Origin: Camelus dromedarius
Taxonomy: Eukaryota
DNA length: 64,000 nucleotides
NCBI RefSeq assembly: GCF_036321535.1
Contig: NC_087436.1
Span: 57,600,001-57,664,000 of the forward strand
Reading direction: 5' to 3'
Shown: positions 61,871 to 64,000 of the stretch, piece by piece
Position numbering within the stretch: the stretch's first letter is position 1
Layout of the letters: each line of letters starts with the position of its first letter
Translations under genes and position numbers: made by a program
The notes under the pieces: generated by a model
Seen by the model: the letters and a program-made list of their open reading frames with translations, nothing else
Told to the model about the DNA's origin: nothing
Databases searched by the model: none

Positions 61871-63184
61871 CAAGGAAACACAAAGATATGAAAAGAGTTG
61901 TTTAATTAAATATTTATATTATACATCATAGGGTATATGAAAGAAAATTTTAAAATAATCTGACACTTTCTTTTATAGATCAGGAAGCAAAGATCAAGTG
62001 AGTTAACTGGCCAATTAATTTTTCCCATTGTCATTTGGCAAAAAAAACCCCCAAAAACCCAACTTGGTTCCTAGTCTGTGTTCCTCTCATCTTCGATAGG
62101 TCATGACACGTTATGAATTTGACCTGACTGTAATCTACCAAGTAGCAGCATATCTGTCAACTCCATGCCCACTGTGACTTGTGCTTTCCTCAGTGTGATA
62201 ATTATGATTTTATGACGGAGTTGTGTGTTTCCTAGTTCGTTTCCATGAAGACAGATACCATGCTGTCCTATTCACTCTTGTGACTAGATAAATAATTCTC
62301 ATTTACTAAACAAGGAGATGTTTCCTAGAGAATGAAGAATTTTAAATACTAAAGGCAGAAGAAATACTTTCAGGAAATGCTAAAGTTTAAACAATGGATA
62401 TAATCATTAACTGCTAGAAAACAACTGAAGCAGACAGAACAAATTGTGTAGCTGTCCCAAATGGAATGGCAATTTAGAGCCTGAGAGGCAAAGTTGTAAA
62501 AATAAAGAGACTCCATAAAGTTTGGTCACCCACAAATCAAAGAGCAATTTTATGTGTCCAAACTGTGGAAGTATGGATTATGTACTGGCCTTTGGTTACA
62601 TCTTGATACAAAAAAGAACAACTGTCATCAAGAAATGTAGTTTACAAATAAGAAACACTGATATAGATAAGATATAGGATGTGAATTTATATAACATGTT
62701 GGAATTTCTCTGCCTTATAATTATGAAAAATTCAGGTAAAGGCGGTGCCACATTTAAGAGTACTTAACAAAAGTATCACAGTGCCTTATTACCTGTCAGT
62801 TCTGTCAACTGGAGACGGGAATCCTAAATTCAGCATTATGTGCATTATAGTTCGCTTAAAAGCATGTATCTTAGAGCTAGGTTAAATGCCAAGAGTCTTA
62901 ATTTTCAAGACACGATTTCGTTTTAAAAAGCTGTGGTAGAAACATAACCATCATTACTAAAGTTCTAACTACGTATTCATAGGTGAAGGGGAAATGAACT
63001 GAGGTCAAACAAAAATTGAATTTCCAAATTTACATTCTGAACTGAACATCTCTTCTATCACATGTAGTCCTTGGATCCCAATACTTTAACTTTGATCCTA
63101 AATCACCTTTGAATAGATTTATCTTTGGTGACGTCTGTCCCTATTCTTTTTTGCCCCCGCAGCTGACCTGTAAGTATGTGTGTA

Positions 63185-63760
63185 TTTATTTAATTCCTTT
63201 TCAGTTTTACTGAGATGTAATTGACATTTAGCACTATATAAGTTTAAGATGTACAGCATATTGATTTGACTTACATACATCATGACATGATTACCACAAT
63301 AAGTTTAGTGAATATCCATCATTTTGTGTAGATACGAAATAAAATGTGTTTCCTTGTGATGAGAACCCTCAGAATTTACTCTCTTAACTTTCATAAATAG
63401 CATTCAGCAGTGTTAATTATATTTATCATGTTGTACATTACATTCCTAGTACTTATTTATATTAGAAGTTTGTGCCTTTTTGTTACTTTATCCAATTTTC
63501 CCACCCTACCTCCCATCACTGGTAAGTACAAATCTGATCTCTTTTTCTACTAGTTTGATTGTTTTGTTGTTGTTTTTGTTTGTTTTTGAAGTATAATTGA
63601 CCTACAACACTATGTTACTTCCTGGTGCACAATGTGGCGAGTTGATATTTCTATACATTTCAAAATGATCACCACGAAAAGTCTAGTTACCATCTCTCAC
63701 ATTGAAAACTGTTATATTATTATTGACTATATTCCCCACATTGTACGTTTCTGTCCTTAA
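63185..63760 (-). mobile_element. L1 3' UTR fragment(s) (L1MA9-derived), two 3'-end-like modules in tandem, sense to GRID2
   Basis: cagttttactgagatgtaattgaca...gtgatgagaaccctcagaatttactctctta..., then tttttgaagtataattgacctacaacactatgtta...aaatgatcaccacgaaaagtctagttaccatc. Confidence 0.85.
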
Positions 63761-64000
63761 CCTCATTATCTAAGCTAAGGGGTATTGTAACATAGTACTG
63801 TAAAAACACTGACAAAGATGTCAATGCTATTTTAAAGGATCTATAACACCTGCTTTTTTATCATTTAAATTTATGTTTTTAAATATGTATTTTCTTATAA
63901 CACTTTGAGAAAGGAAGAAAAAGAAACCAACTCAGAAAATCTTAAGATGGCCCTTCAATTTTTTAACATGCCTCTCGGGAAACCACTCTTTTGTCTTGTT

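Noticed and set aside
63140..63175. Plus-strand 7-nt microexon-like motif (cccgcAG|ctgacct|GTAAGT)
   Set aside because: Antisense to GRID2, poor exonic donor bases, abuts an L1 tail and has no other support.

Overview
AT-rich mammalian genomic DNA, not microbial. The whole window lies inside a minus-strand gene that I recognise as GRID2 (glutamate receptor delta-2, GluD2). Two coding exons are present. The first is 30554-30692 (139 nt), encoding the end of the M2 loop and M3 with an intact SYTANLAAF gate motif. The second is 6897-7092 (196 nt), encoding the start of the S2 ligand-binding segment. They splice in frame (CA|G = Gln) across a 23.5-kb intron and match human exons 12 and 13 as I recall them. 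The rest is intron, rich in decayed transposons: L2, MIR, CR1/L3, MER5, Tigger2-type, a solo ERV1-type LTR, an ERVL remnant and many L1 pieces, including a nested ~11-kb L1 pile at 33.5-44.8 kb. The repeat content suggests a laurasiatherian, probably a camelid (inference). The ORF-track entries are either L1/CR1 remnants or chance ORFs. I found no convincing new protein-coding system. The most interesting unexplained signal is a sense-strand recursive-splice/RS-exon-like arrangement at 49447-49711. A dispersed 46-nt duplicated element with dyad symmetry lies nearby, and several tiny inserts are flanked by direct repeats. Repeat family names come from remembered consensus sequences, and most repeat boundaries are approximate.
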